DNA from: an uncultured bacterium
Lineage (GTDB): Bacteria > SAR324 > NAC60-12
Assembly (NCBI GenBank): GCA_965662235.1
Contig: CBFIGY010000015.1
Span: 8,946-72,945 of the forward strand
Reading direction: 5' to 3'
Length of the DNA: 64,000 bases
In this document: positions 1-8,770 of the stretch, in pieces
How positions within the stretch are numbered: position 1 is the stretch's first letter
How the letters are laid out: every line of letters begins with the position of its first letter
Notes under the pieces: generated by a model
The model's input: only the letters and a program-made list of their open reading frames with translations
The model's database searches: none
Told to the model about the DNA's origin: nothing
Position numbers and translations under genes: made by a program

Positions 1-615
1 GAGCGGCAGCTGGTGGGTTTCCAGAAAGGCGAGCTGAAACGCTTCGATTTGCTCCAGTAGCTGGACTGGAAACACCTCTCCGGCGTGTGATGCCAGGTCC
101 CGGAAGTTGTCCTGAGCGAGCGAGCGGAGGGCTGAGGCAGAGCCGTACGAGGCCACTTCCGCATCAGTAGGAGCCTCGTGTTGCCAAAGCGCAAGGCGGT
201 GTCCTAGGTCCTCAAGGTGAGCGGCCTCCAAGGCGCCGTGCTCCAGCATCACACGAAAGAGGCTTTCCTGCGGGAACTCTTTCATCTGAACGACGTAGTC
301 TTCCGGAGGAATGGGGCTGGTTTCGGTCAGGACCCGGAAGCCGTCGGCGGTGCGGCTGACAGGCAGCACGGCCTGATAGAGAGAAGGAGCGAAGTGTCGG
401 TTCAGGCGCAGCTCATCCTCACAGGCCGCCTTGCGCTGAGCCAAGGTGGAGAAGTCGAGGAACCCGAAGTCCACGGGCTTCTTGAGCTTGTACGCGTAAG
501 GGCCGGTAAGAAAGACCCAGGCCACATGTGTCTGGATGAGGCGGATGGGCTGACGAACGGGGTGCGGATACGCTCCCGGAGACGTCAAGGCTTGGACCAG
601 TTCCGGAGGAGGCAT
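1..615 (-). CDS. Aminoglycoside-phosphotransferase-like / AAA-family bifunctional kinase, N-terminal part (runs off the window)
   Basis: Manual translation from the ATG at 615: MPPPELVQALTSPGAYPHPVRQPIRLIQTHVAWVFLTGPYAYKLKKPVDFGFLDFSTLAQRKAACEDELRLNRHFAP. This is the typical N-terminus of the Rv2004c-like APH+AAA family. It is absent from the ORF track because it is truncated. Confidence 0.8.
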   Translation of the reverse strand, partial: MPPPELVQALTSPGAYPHPVRQPIRLIQTHVAWVFLTGPYAYKLKKPVDFGFLDFSTLAQRKAACEDELRLNRHFAPSLYQAVLPVSRTADGFRVLTETSPIPPEDYVVQMKEFPQESLFRVMLEHGALEAAHLEDLGHRLALWQHEAPTDAEVASYGSASALRSLAQDNFRDLASHAGEVFPVQLLEQIEAFQLAFLETHQLPL

Positions 616-674
616 AGGCGAGAGGGGTCACCCAGGACGCCGCAAGCGCCCTGGTGTCAAGAGAGGAGGAGGCC

Positions 675-824
675 CTAGCGGCTGCTGTCCGGGGCGTCGA
701 CGGTGTAGTAGTTGGTGGCTTGTTCCTGCTGAACCACCAGGGCTTCATACCCCAGAATGCCGAGGCAGCTCACTAGCACCACGACCAGCAGCAGGTATCC
801 GAACAGTCCGTGAAGTCCAAACAT
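675..824 (-). CDS. Small membrane protein, DUF4006-like (cbb3 operon-associated)
   Basis: 49-aa ORF MFGLHGLFGYLLLVVVLVSCLGILGYEALVVQQEQATNYYTVDAPDSSR, starting 11 nt after the ccoP stop. It has one TM helix followed by QQE..Y, like the DUF4006 peptides found after ccoP in Campylobacterota. Confidence 0.65.
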   Translation of the reverse strand: MFGLHGLFGYLLLVVVLVSCLGILGYEALVVQQEQATNYYTVDAPDSSR

Positions 825-835
825 AATGGGTTCTC

Positions 836-1729
836 TCAGTTGAGTTCTGTGGAAACAAAGGCTCCGAGCGCCTGATACTGGATGTCGCTGAGGGTGCCTT
901 CTGCAGCAAAGCTGGGCATATTCCCAATGTAACCGGCCTTGCCATGTTGCAGGATGCGGACGATGTCATTTGCAGACCCGTAGGTGGTCAGGTCCTTGGC
1001 AAAGTTCGGGATGTTCCCAGCAGGGCCCATGCCCTTTCCGTCCATGCCGTGACAGGCCATGCAGGTGGCATTGAAGATGGCTTGTCCAGCGGCCGGGTCT
1101 CCGGCAGCCGGAGTTCGCCCAGCCAGCTGGATGACGTAGGCCGAGACGTTGGCGATGTTCTGTTCCAGGTTTTCCTGCCCAAACATGGCAGCAATGGTCG
1201 GCGCCTGCGGGGGCATGGAAGGCGTCATGTAGCCCAGCCCCTTGGAGCCATTGTGGATGACGTAGGAGACGTGCTTCTCCGTTCCAAACTCAATCAGGTT
1301 GGCGGCCACGCCATTTTGTCCCTCACCGGTGTAGCCGTGACACGCGACACACTTAGCATTGAAGAGGGATTCGCCCATGGCAACTAGGGTATCGTGGTCG
1401 GCATTGGCCCAGTTCTGGTCAAACTTTTCTTTGTAGGTGGCCACTTCCGCATCGTACTGCTGCTCCTGGGTCCAGTCCCAGATGGGGAAGCCCATCATGA
1501 CGTACCAGAAGGAGAACCCGATCAGGCTGATCATGATCAGGTGGAGTCCGAACGGGGTCGCATTCAGGCCTTCGGCGATGCCGTCAAAGGTGTGGCTGTC
1601 GGTGGCTTCCAGACCCTTGGAACGCATCCGTCCCTGGATGAAGTAAATCAAAATGGCCACCGACGCGATGGTCACCAGGGAGATCACCACCGTGATCTGG
1701 GTCGCGGCGTCGTTGAACATTGCCCACAT
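836..1729 (-). CDS. ccoP: cbb3-type cytochrome c oxidase subunit III (diheme)
   Basis: HTFDGIAE motif, two N-terminal TM helices, two CxxCH motifs (CVACH, CMACH), position in the cco operon. Confidence 0.95.
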   Translation of the reverse strand: MWAMFNDAATQITVVISLVTIASVAILIYFIQGRMRSKGLEATDSHTFDGIAEGLNATPFGLHLIMISLIGFSFWYVMMGFPIWDWTQEQQYDAEVATYKEKFDQNWANADHDTLVAMGESLFNAKCVACHGYTGEGQNGVAANLIEFGTEKHVSYVIHNGSKGLGYMTPSMPPQAPTIAAMFGQENLEQNIANVSAYVIQLAGRTPAAGDPAAGQAIFNATCMACHGMDGKGMGPAGNIPNFAKDLTTYGSANDIVRILQHGKAGYIGNMPSFAAEGTLSDIQYQALGAFVSTELN

Positions 1730-1757
1730 AAACTACTCCTCAGTCAGTTGCAAAAAG

Positions 1758-1937
1758 TCAGGTGGCAGAACGGGGAGGTTCTCGCCCTTCAAATGGTTCT
1801 TCGTGGAAGATCAACTCGCCGCGACGCTCAATGCGTTGGCCCCGGGCCACCGAGCCGTAGAGGTACCAGAGGAAGCCGTAGAGGCTGATGCCCATGAATG
1901 TGGTAAAGACCACGTATAACCACTGTCTCCAATCCAT
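1758..1937 (-). CDS. ccoQ: cbb3-type cytochrome c oxidase subunit CcoQ
   Basis: 59-aa ORF MDWRQWLYVVFTTFMGISLYGFLWYLYGSVARGQRIERRGELIFHEEP..., with one TM helix and a GGAGG RBS, lying between ccoO and ccoP. It falls below the ORF-track cutoff. Confidence 0.8.
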   Translation of the reverse strand: MDWRQWLYVVFTTFMGISLYGFLWYLYGSVARGQRIERRGELIFHEEPFEGREPPRSAT

Positions 1938-1946
1938 TCAGCCTCC

Positions 1947-2639
1947 TTACTTGAGTTTGTTGAGGTAGGCAATCAAGGCGACCACGTCCTTGACGTCTCC
2001 TTGAGCGTAGGCGTCCTTGACCCCTTGGTCCTTCATCATTTCGACAATGGGGCCGGCTTCTTCAAGGATGAGCTTCTGGGTCTGCTCTAGGGTTTTTCCT
2101 GATTGCGGGTTGTCGCCCTGGTCGTAAGGCACCCCAAAGATGTCCCGAACGGTGACCATTTCGGCGTGCACGGTGCCAACGTCCACACTGTCTTCAAAGA
2201 ACCAGGGGAAGTTGGGCATGTTGGAGCCTGGGCTGACGGCACGGGCGTTCTTGAAGTGAGCCTCATGCCAGTCGGTGGTGCGGTAGTTCCCGACCCGGTG
2301 TAGGTCCGGACCCGTCCGGCGGGAGCCCCAGAGAAACGGCCGGTCGTAGGCATATTCTCCGGAGACGGAGTAGGCGCCGTAGCGGTCTGTCTCAGCCTTG
2401 AAGGGGCGAATCAGCTGGGAGTGGCAGGCGTTGCAGCTCTCCCGGATGTACACCTGCCGTCCTGCCAACTGCAGCGCGGAGTAGGGCTTGAGTCCGGCCA
2501 CCGGGCGGGCGTTTTCCGTGAAGGAAGGGATCACCTCGACGATGCCGCCGATGATGATCAGGACGAAGATGCTGACCCCCATCAGCAACGGGTGCTTCTC
2601 AATGATCTCAAAAATTGAGCCTGTTTGTTTTTCCTGCAT
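1947..2639 (-). CDS. ccoO: cbb3-type cytochrome c oxidase subunit II (monoheme)
   Basis: GRQVYIRESCNACHSQLIRP and PFLWGSRRTGPDLHRVG motifs. Confidence 0.97.
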   Translation of the reverse strand: MQEKQTGSIFEIIEKHPLLMGVSIFVLIIIGGIVEVIPSFTENARPVAGLKPYSALQLAGRQVYIRESCNACHSQLIRPFKAETDRYGAYSVSGEYAYDRPFLWGSRRTGPDLHRVGNYRTTDWHEAHFKNARAVSPGSNMPNFPWFFEDSVDVGTVHAEMVTVRDIFGVPYDQGDNPQSGKTLEQTQKLILEEAGPIVEMMKDQGVKDAYAQGDVKDVVALIAYLNKLK

Positions 2640-2670
2640 GGTCGTTCACTCGTTGAATGAAAATCCGGGT

Positions 2671-4137
2671 TCAGGCGACCTGTGCCGAGGCAGCAGGGGC
2701 ATCTTCCGAGGAAGTCAGCTGGGCTTCCGGGGCTTTCTTGATCGTCATCCCAATGTTGTACATGAACATCAGGAAGCCGCTGAGGTAGAGGGTTCCTCCC
2801 ACGGCCCGCAGGCTCCAGTACGGCACCATCGCCCGGACGGTGTCCAAGAAGCTGTAGGCCAGGTTGCCGAACTGATCCGTGGTTCGCCACATGGAGCCCT
2901 GCGTGATGCCGGCAATCCACATGCTGGTGAAGTAGAACACAATGCCCAGGGTCTGCACCCAAAACTGGTTTTCTGCCAGCTTGACGGAGTAAAGACGGGT
3001 GTTGTACATGCGTGGTGTCATGTGATAAATCGCGCCCATGATCGTGAAGCCCACCCAACCAAGTGCGCCGTTGTGAACGTGTCCGACAATCCAGTCCGTG
3101 AAGTGGGCAATGGCGTTCACCGACTTGATCGCCTGCACTGGACCCTCAAGGGTCGCAAAGCCGTAGAAGGTGCTCCCGATGACCAGCAGCTTGGCAATGG
3201 GGTCAGTCTTGAGCTGCTCCCACTTGCCGGACATCGTCAACAGGAGGTTCACCATGGAGCCCCAAGACGGAATGATCAGGACCAGGGAGAAGACCATGCC
3301 CAGAGTCTGGACCCAGTCAGGAACCGTGGAGTAAATAAGGTGGTGCGGACCCGCCCAGAGGTAGACGAAGATCAGGCCCCAGAAGGACCACAGCGACAGG
3401 CGGTAGGAGTAAACCGGTTGGTTGGCCTGCTTCGGGATGAAGTAGTAGGAGATGGCAATGATCGGCACCGTCAGCACGAAGGCCACGGCGTTGTGCCCAA
3501 ACCACCACTGCACCTGCGCATCATTGGTGCCCGCATACATGGAAACGGAATGCCAGAACTTGCCGGTGCCGGTGACAAACCAGGTCGGTACTGCCAAGCC
3601 GTTGAAGAGGTACAGCATGCCCACGCCCAAGAAGCTGGCCATGAAGTACCACAGCGACACATAGAGCGTTTTTTCCTTCCGAGCCCCGAGCATGGCAAAC
3701 ATGTGAGCGCCCCACATCAGCCACATCACGACCACCACCACGTCCAGCCACCAGGGCAGCTCATGGTACTCTTTGGAGGACGAGTGTCCGGCCATCAGGG
3801 TGTAGGCCGCCAGCACAATGATGAGGTTGAACGTCGCCAAGTGCGCCTTGGCCAGTCCCGGAAGGACCATGCGGATCTTCAGCACCCGCTGAGACACGTA
3901 ATACCAGGCCGCAAAGATCCCGGAGAGCGTAAAGCCAAAGATGACGGCGTTGGTGTGCAACGGCCGCAGGCGGTTGAAGCTCAACCAGGGAAGGTCGGCG
4001 TTCAGCTCCGGAAAGACCAACTCAAATGCGAGGGTCAGTCCGACACTCATGCCGACAACGCCCCACAACAGGGCCGATAAAACAAATCCTTTGGCTACTG
4101 AGTAGTCGTATTCGGTAAAGGATTGCGTGGAATTCAT
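2671..4137 (-). CDS. ccoN: cbb3-type cytochrome c oxidase subunit I
   Basis: RLRPLHTN, QWWFGHNAVAF, WAGPHHL and HVHNGALGW heme-copper oxidase motifs; about 12 TM helices. Confidence 0.98.
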   Translation of the reverse strand: MNSTQSFTEYDYSVAKGFVLSALLWGVVGMSVGLTLAFELVFPELNADLPWLSFNRLRPLHTNAVIFGFTLSGIFAAWYYVSQRVLKIRMVLPGLAKAHLATFNLIIVLAAYTLMAGHSSSKEYHELPWWLDVVVVVMWLMWGAHMFAMLGARKEKTLYVSLWYFMASFLGVGMLYLFNGLAVPTWFVTGTGKFWHSVSMYAGTNDAQVQWWFGHNAVAFVLTVPIIAISYYFIPKQANQPVYSYRLSLWSFWGLIFVYLWAGPHHLIYSTVPDWVQTLGMVFSLVLIIPSWGSMVNLLLTMSGKWEQLKTDPIAKLLVIGSTFYGFATLEGPVQAIKSVNAIAHFTDWIVGHVHNGALGWVGFTIMGAIYHMTPRMYNTRLYSVKLAENQFWVQTLGIVFYFTSMWIAGITQGSMWRTTDQFGNLAYSFLDTVRAMVPYWSLRAVGGTLYLSGFLMFMYNIGMTIKKAPEAQLTSSEDAPAASAQVA

Positions 4138-4360
4138 GACGCGTCTCCAACGGTGAAACGGGTTAAAATGTACCCGCCTACTCTAGGGGGATGCCCCCGG
4201 ATCGACCATCGGTAAATCTACGAAACAAACTGATGCAGAAAAGAGAAACCTCTCATGAACTGGTGAATGTTCCGGGGTCTGGTACGCTGAAAGGAGGCCG
4301 TTTGCCGGGTTCCGCAACTGCGCGAAACCTCGGTGCACCGAGATCAACAATGAGGTGGGA

Positions 4361-5035
4361 ATGAGGTTACTGCTCCTAGAGGATGAACAAAAGGTCGCAG
4401 AGTTTGTGCAGAAGGGCATGGAGGAAGCCGGCTTTGTCGTGGAACGCGTGGAGCGCGGTGAAGACGCCTTGAGCCTGGCGCTGACGGAAGACTTTGACGT
4501 GGCCGTGCTCGACGTCATGGTTCCCGGTGTGGACGGCTTGACGGTCATCCGTAAGCTACGGGAATCGCAAAACCGGCTTCCGGTGCTGGTTCTGAGCGCC
4601 AAGCACACGCTGGAAGACCGGGTGGCGGGACTGGAGCAGGGGGCGGATGACTACCTGGTGAAGCCCTTTTCCTTCACGGAACTCCTGGTCCGGGTGCAGG
4701 CGCTCATCCGGCGATCCTCCCAGAAGGCAGAGCCCACCTCCCTGCGCTTTGCCGACCTAGAAATGAACCTCCTCAGCCGCGAGGTCAAACGGTCTGGACA
4801 GAGCCTCAGCCTGCAACCTCGGGAGTTCAGTCTGCTGGAGTACTTCCTGCGGCATCCGGAACGGGTGCTCTCCAAAACGTTCATCCTGGAACACGTGTGG
4901 GGGTACGACTTTGATCCGCAGACCAATGTGGTGGATGTGCTGGTCTCACGGCTCCGGAGCAAGGTGGACAAGGACTTTGACACCAAGCTGATCCATACGC
5001 TCCGGGGGGTAGGATATGTTCTTAAGCAGAGCTAA
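4361..5035 (+). CDS. OmpR-family response regulator (CusR/CzcR-like)
   Basis: REC domain (LLLEDE, LDVMVP, KPF) plus winged helix (TNVVDVLVSRLRSK, TLRGVGY). Confidence 0.93.
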   Translation: MRLLLLEDEQKVAEFVQKGMEEAGFVVERVERGEDALSLALTEDFDVAVLDVMVPGVDGLTVIRKLRESQNRLPVLVLSAKHTLEDRVAGLEQGADDYLVKPFSFTELLVRVQALIRRSSQKAEPTSLRFADLEMNLLSREVKRSGQSLSLQPREFSLLEYFLRHPERVLSKTFILEHVWGYDFDPQTNVVDVLVSRLRSKVDKDFDTKLIHTLRGVGYVLKQS

Positions 5036-6491
5036 GCGGCTCTGGCCTCGGAGCCTCCGGGCTCGGTTTACCATCCTGGGCGCCGTCCTGTTTCTCATCG
5101 CAACCGTCTTTATCGTCTTCTTCTCCGCCTTTTTGCTGCACCGGGAGTTTGAGTCCCGCGTTCAGGAGGCCGTCCTGGGGCAGCTGGACCGCTACGCGGC
5201 CTTCAACCGTCAGTCACCGGTACGCCTCCTCCGGACCCTAGAACGCGAGCATGAGCAGAACCGGCTCCGTGGCACCTGGGTCCGCTGGCAAAACGTGTCC
5301 GGGGTCCTTTGGGAAACGATCCCGGCCGACTGGGAGCAGGACCGCGAGGCCCTGGAGTCGGTGCTGGTGGTGCACCTCAAGTCCGGAGACGACTGGAGCC
5401 GTGCCACCCGGCAGCGTTATGAGCTTCCGGACTGGGCCAGCGTTGATGAAGACCACCACCCCATCCAGTTCGAGGAAGAGCTGCTGATGGCGTCTCGACT
5501 GCTTCCGGATGGCTCGGTGCTGGTTGTTGGGGAATCGCTGGCTCGGTTTCAGGTCTTCATCCAGGTGTTTGGGCGGAGCATCTTCCGGGGCGTGTTGATC
5601 ATTGGCAGCTTCAGTGTGCTGGTGGGGTGGTGGCTGTCACGACGCTTGGTGCGTCCTCTGCGGAACCTGGTCCGGACCACTGAGACTGTGGCTTCAGGAA
5701 CCCTCAGTGCGCGAGTGCCGGAACCGGATAGCACGGGTGAGCTGGAAGAACTGACCCAGCTCTTCAACCGCATGCTCGACCGCATTGAACGACTGGTCAG
5801 CACCATGAACGAGTCCCTCGACAATGTTGCCCACGACCTGCGGACCCCGCTCACCAAGATCCGGGCTTCGGTGGAATCGGTGCTTCAGCGCCCGGACCCG
5901 AGTGCCGAGGAACTGCGGGAGGCGCTGATGGACACAGCAGAGGAAGCCGAGAAGATCGGGACGCTCCTCAATGCGCTCATGAACCTTGCTGAAGCGCAGG
6001 CCGGAACCCTGAAGCTGCAGAAGCGGACCGTGGACCTTCGGCAGATTGCAGAAGAGGTTTATGGGCTCTATGAAATGCTCTCTGAAGAACAAGGGGTGAC
6101 GCTGGTTCTGGAGCGGCCCGACGTGCCCGTGAACGTTGAGGCCGACCCCATCCGACTCCGGCAGGCCGTGGCCAACCTAGTGGACAATGCTCTGAAGTTT
6201 ACGGAAACAGGGGGCCTGACCACCCTCTCGGTAGCGATGACAGCGACAGGAGCTCAATTGGTGGTGACCGACACAGGGGTTGGCATTCCTCCGGAAGACC
6301 AGCCGCGTATTTTTGAGCGACTCTACCGGGCGGACAAGAGTCGTGCAACCCAGGGGCTTGGTTTGGGGCTCAGCCTAGTGCAGGCGATTGTCCGGGCGCA
6401 TGAGGGAACCATTCAGGTGAAAAGCGTTCCCGGAGAGGGCAGTCGGTTCTGTCTGGAGTTGCCCCTTTCAGCGCAGGTTCTTCCGGGGTAA
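5016..6491 (+). CDS. Membrane sensor histidine kinase (HAMP-HisKA-HATPase)
   Basis: Two TM helices, HAMP, AHDLRTPL, NLVDNALKF, DTGVGI and GLGLGL boxes. Overlaps the 3' end of the regulator gene. Confidence 0.93.
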   Translation: MFLSRAKRLWPRSLRARFTILGAVLFLIATVFIVFFSAFLLHREFESRVQEAVLGQLDRYAAFNRQSPVRLLRTLEREHEQNRLRGTWVRWQNVSGVLWETIPADWEQDREALESVLVVHLKSGDDWSRATRQRYELPDWASVDEDHHPIQFEEELLMASRLLPDGSVLVVGESLARFQVFIQVFGRSIFRGVLIIGSFSVLVGWWLSRRLVRPLRNLVRTTETVASGTLSARVPEPDSTGELEELTQLFNRMLDRIERLVSTMNESLDNVAHDLRTPLTKIRASVESVLQRPDPSAEELREALMDTAEEAEKIGTLLNALMNLAEAQAGTLKLQKRTVDLRQIAEEVYGLYEMLSEEQGVTLVLERPDVPVNVEADPIRLRQAVANLVDNALKFTETGGLTTLSVAMTATGAQLVVTDTGVGIPPEDQPRIFERLYRADKSRATQGLGLGLSLVQAIVRAHEGTIQVKSVPGEGSRFCLELPLSAQVLPG

Positions 6492-6505
6492 GGAGGCGCT
6501 TTTGC

Positions 6506-6534
6506 TTGCAGACTTCCCCGGGTTTGCCTATAAC
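6506..6534 (+). promoter_or_regulatory. Putative sigma70 promoter for the rhodanese gene
   Basis: TTGCAG-17 bp-TATAAC. Confidence 0.5.
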
Positions 6535-6606
6535 AGGGCCCTTTGTGAGCGGTCCTCAATGAGGATGGCAAGCGCGAACCACGATCACCCCTTCTTGAGA
6601 GTGTGG

Positions 6607-7026
6607 ATGAAAACCGTATGGGTGTCAGGCCTGCTGCTGCTGGCTGTGCACGTGTCTCCCCTGTGGGCCAACGATGCTGCGGCAGAGGCCTTCCAGGAGT
6701 ACTTGGATTTTGCGACCTATGAAGCGGGCATCATGGTGCCTCAGCAGCTGACGAAGGAAATTTTTGAGTCAGCGACCTTTGTGGACACGCGGGACCTAGC
6801 GCAGTATGAACAGGAGCACATTCCGGGTGCCCGGCACATCGAATGGCGCGAGCTGGTTTCTCGCCGGGAGGAACTGCCCGCGGACGGGCTGGTGGTGCTG
6901 TACTGCAATACCGGAAGCCTCTCTGCGCAAGGGGCCTTTGCCCTGAGGGTGCTGGGACAGGAAAATGTAGTGGTCCTGCAAACCGGACTCATTGGTTGGA
7001 AAGCCGACGCGCCTTATCGTCCCTGA
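6607..7026 (+). CDS. Exported single-domain rhodanese (sulfurtransferase)
   Basis: Signal peptide MKTVWVSGLLLLAVHVSPLWA, VDTR and HIPGA motifs, active-site loop YCNTGSLS. Start chosen downstream of the promoter-like element. Confidence 0.85.
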   Translation: MKTVWVSGLLLLAVHVSPLWANDAAAEAFQEYLDFATYEAGIMVPQQLTKEIFESATFVDTRDLAQYEQEHIPGARHIEWRELVSRREELPADGLVVLYCNTGSLSAQGAFALRVLGQENVVVLQTGLIGWKADAPYRP

Positions 7027-7058
7027 AAAATGGGCGAACGCTTAATGTGAATCCGTTC

Positions 7059-7087
7059 TTCACACAGCGTTAACACGTTCTTAACAA
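7059..7087 (+). promoter_or_regulatory. Pho-box-like triple direct repeat upstream of pstS
   Basis: TTCACAC (7059), TTAACAC (7070) and TTAACAA (7081) at exact 11-bp period, followed by a TATCGT -10-like hexamer. Confidence 0.7.
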
Positions 7088-7175
7088 AAGCCCTCTATCG
7101 TGGTTATCTCATGCAGATGCATGAGGAGAGCAACACGCTGTTGCCTGAATTCACAACCTCGACGAGAGCATTTCT

Positions 7176-8147
7176 ATGATCCGCAAGTTTGCTGCAGTGG
7201 CTGCTGGTGCCCTGCTCCTCTCTACCGCCGCTCAGGCTCGTGACCAGATCCAGATTGTGGGATCGTCCACCGTGTACCCGTTCACCACCATTGTGGCTGA
7301 AAAGCTGGGGCAAAAAGGCTTCAAAACGCCGATTGTGGAAAGCACCGGAACCGGCGGCGGCATGAAGCTGTTCTGCGCCGGCGTCGGCCCGAACTTCCCG
7401 GACATGACCAACGCGTCCCGCGCCATCAAGGGTTCCGAAAAGGAACTGTGCGCCAGCAACGGTGTCACGGACATCATTGAACTCCAGGTGGGGAACGACG
7501 GCATCGCGTTCGCCAACAGCGTGAAGGCGCAGAAGCTGAACTTCACCGCGGAGCAGCTGTGGATGGCCATGGCAGAAAAAGGCCCGAAGCCCACCCGCTG
7601 GAACGAGATTGACCCGGCGCTGCCGAATGTTGAAATCAAGATCCTGGCACCGCCTCCCACCTCCGGAACCCGCGACGCTTGGAACTCCCTCATCATGAGC
7701 AAGGGCTGCGACTCGGCGGTCAAGAGTGCTGACAAGGACGAGTGCGAGCTCTTCCGCGAAGATGGCGCCGTTGAAGAAGCCGGTGAGAACGACACCCTGA
7801 TCGTGAACCGCCTTGTGGCTGATCCGGAAGCCTTCGGCATCTTCGGCTTCAGCTTCTTGGACCAGAACCAGGACCGCATCCAGGGTTCTTCCATCAATGG
7901 CGTTGACATCAGCCTCGACACCATCCAGACCTACGAGTACCCGATCGCCCGCCCGCTCTTCTTCTACGTCAAGAAGGCGCACATTGGTGTGATCCCGGGC
8001 ATGAAGGAAATGCTGGACGAGTACGTCAGCGACGCAGCCACCGGTGAGTACGGCTACCTCGGTGACGCTGGCCTGGTGCCGCACTCTGCAGCCAAAGAAG
8101 CTGAGATGCGCAAGCGCGTTCAGGCTCTGACCACACTGAGCATGTAA
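7176..8147 (+). CDS. pstS: Phosphate ABC transporter substrate-binding protein
   Basis: Signal peptide; GSSTVYP, STGTGGG, NASR, SGTRD and YPIARPLFFY motifs. Confidence 0.92.
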   Translation: MIRKFAAVAAGALLLSTAAQARDQIQIVGSSTVYPFTTIVAEKLGQKGFKTPIVESTGTGGGMKLFCAGVGPNFPDMTNASRAIKGSEKELCASNGVTDIIELQVGNDGIAFANSVKAQKLNFTAEQLWMAMAEKGPKPTRWNEIDPALPNVEIKILAPPPTSGTRDAWNSLIMSKGCDSAVKSADKDECELFREDGAVEEAGENDTLIVNRLVADPEAFGIFGFSFLDQNQDRIQGSSINGVDISLDTIQTYEYPIARPLFFYVKKAHIGVIPGMKEMLDEYVSDAATGEYGYLGDAGLVPHSAAKEAEMRKRVQALTTLSM

Positions 8148-8155
8148 GCTCTTCG

Positions 8156-8181
8156 GGGTGGCAGGTCCTCTGCCACCCTTT
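8156..8181 (+). terminator. Intrinsic terminator after pstS
   Basis: GGGTGGCAG-gtcct-CTGCCACCC perfect 9-bp stem followed by TTT. Confidence 0.65.
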
Positions 8182-8326
8182 CCCTCCGCCCTCGGGGCTC
8201 CGCACACGCCTTTCTTCCTTCAAACTCCTTTCTCACAAGCCACTCTCCCGCTCGTTCTTCTTGCAGGTGTGGGGGAACCTTTGCATGCTAGCAAGCAGCT
8301 GCGCCCCAACCCTTTGTGAGAACAAC

Positions 8327-8770
8327 ATGACCTTTTGGAAGCCCCTTCTGCTGGGATCCCTGGCCCTAAGCCTTTCCAGCTGCCTTGTCTTGCCTCAAAC
8401 GGAACCGAAGGCTCAGGACTGCGAACTGGCCACACGGAGCTGGACGCTGACGGTGGTGAACGCGGATGTTGACGCCCAAGTGACCCTGAACGAGATGCAG
8501 CGGCTTTCGGCGTCTGACTGCGATCGTCCGGAGTGCCTGATCCTAGTGGCACCGGCCTTGGCGGTTTCAGCCGGGTCTGCCATTGTTTCCGGATCGGTGA
8601 TGGTCGTGGGGAACTCACTGCACTGGTTGGAGCGTCAGGGACGCTGTGACGACAGCACCACCCGACAGGCCGTGAGCGTCATGCGAGGCTCACTGGAGTC
8701 AGTCGGCGGGTGGGTGCTGGAGACGGGAGGAGACGTGATGGACTGGTTTCAGGAGCAGGCAGGGCTCTAA
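8327..8770 (+). CDS. Hypothetical lipoprotein, Cys-containing
   Basis: MTFWKPLLLGSLALSLSSC lipobox; several Cys residues; SGSVMVVGNSLHWLERQGRC segment. Confidence 0.7.
   Translation: MTFWKPLLLGSLALSLSSCLVLPQTEPKAQDCELATRSWTLTVVNADVDAQVTLNEMQRLSASDCDRPECLILVAPALAVSAGSAIVSGSVMVVGNSLHWLERQGRCDDSTTRQAVSVMRGSLESVGGWVLETGGDVMDWFQEQAGL

Noticed and set aside
2488..4080. 530-aa plus-strand ORF, and similar long antisense ORFs such as 14630-15748, 36715-38160, 45161-46303 and 49397-50929
   Set aside because: These are shadows of well-supported genes on the opposite strand, as expected from high-GC codon bias, and show no motifs.
4334..4347. FNR box upstream of ccoN
   Set aside because: Only one half-site (ATCAA) matches, and it lies next to the regulator start, far from ccoN.
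6540..6600. Possible structured leader RNA before the rhodanese gene (TCCTCA-a-TGAGGA inverted repeat)
   Set aside because: It is too short and matches no riboswitch I recognise; a covariance-model search would be needed.
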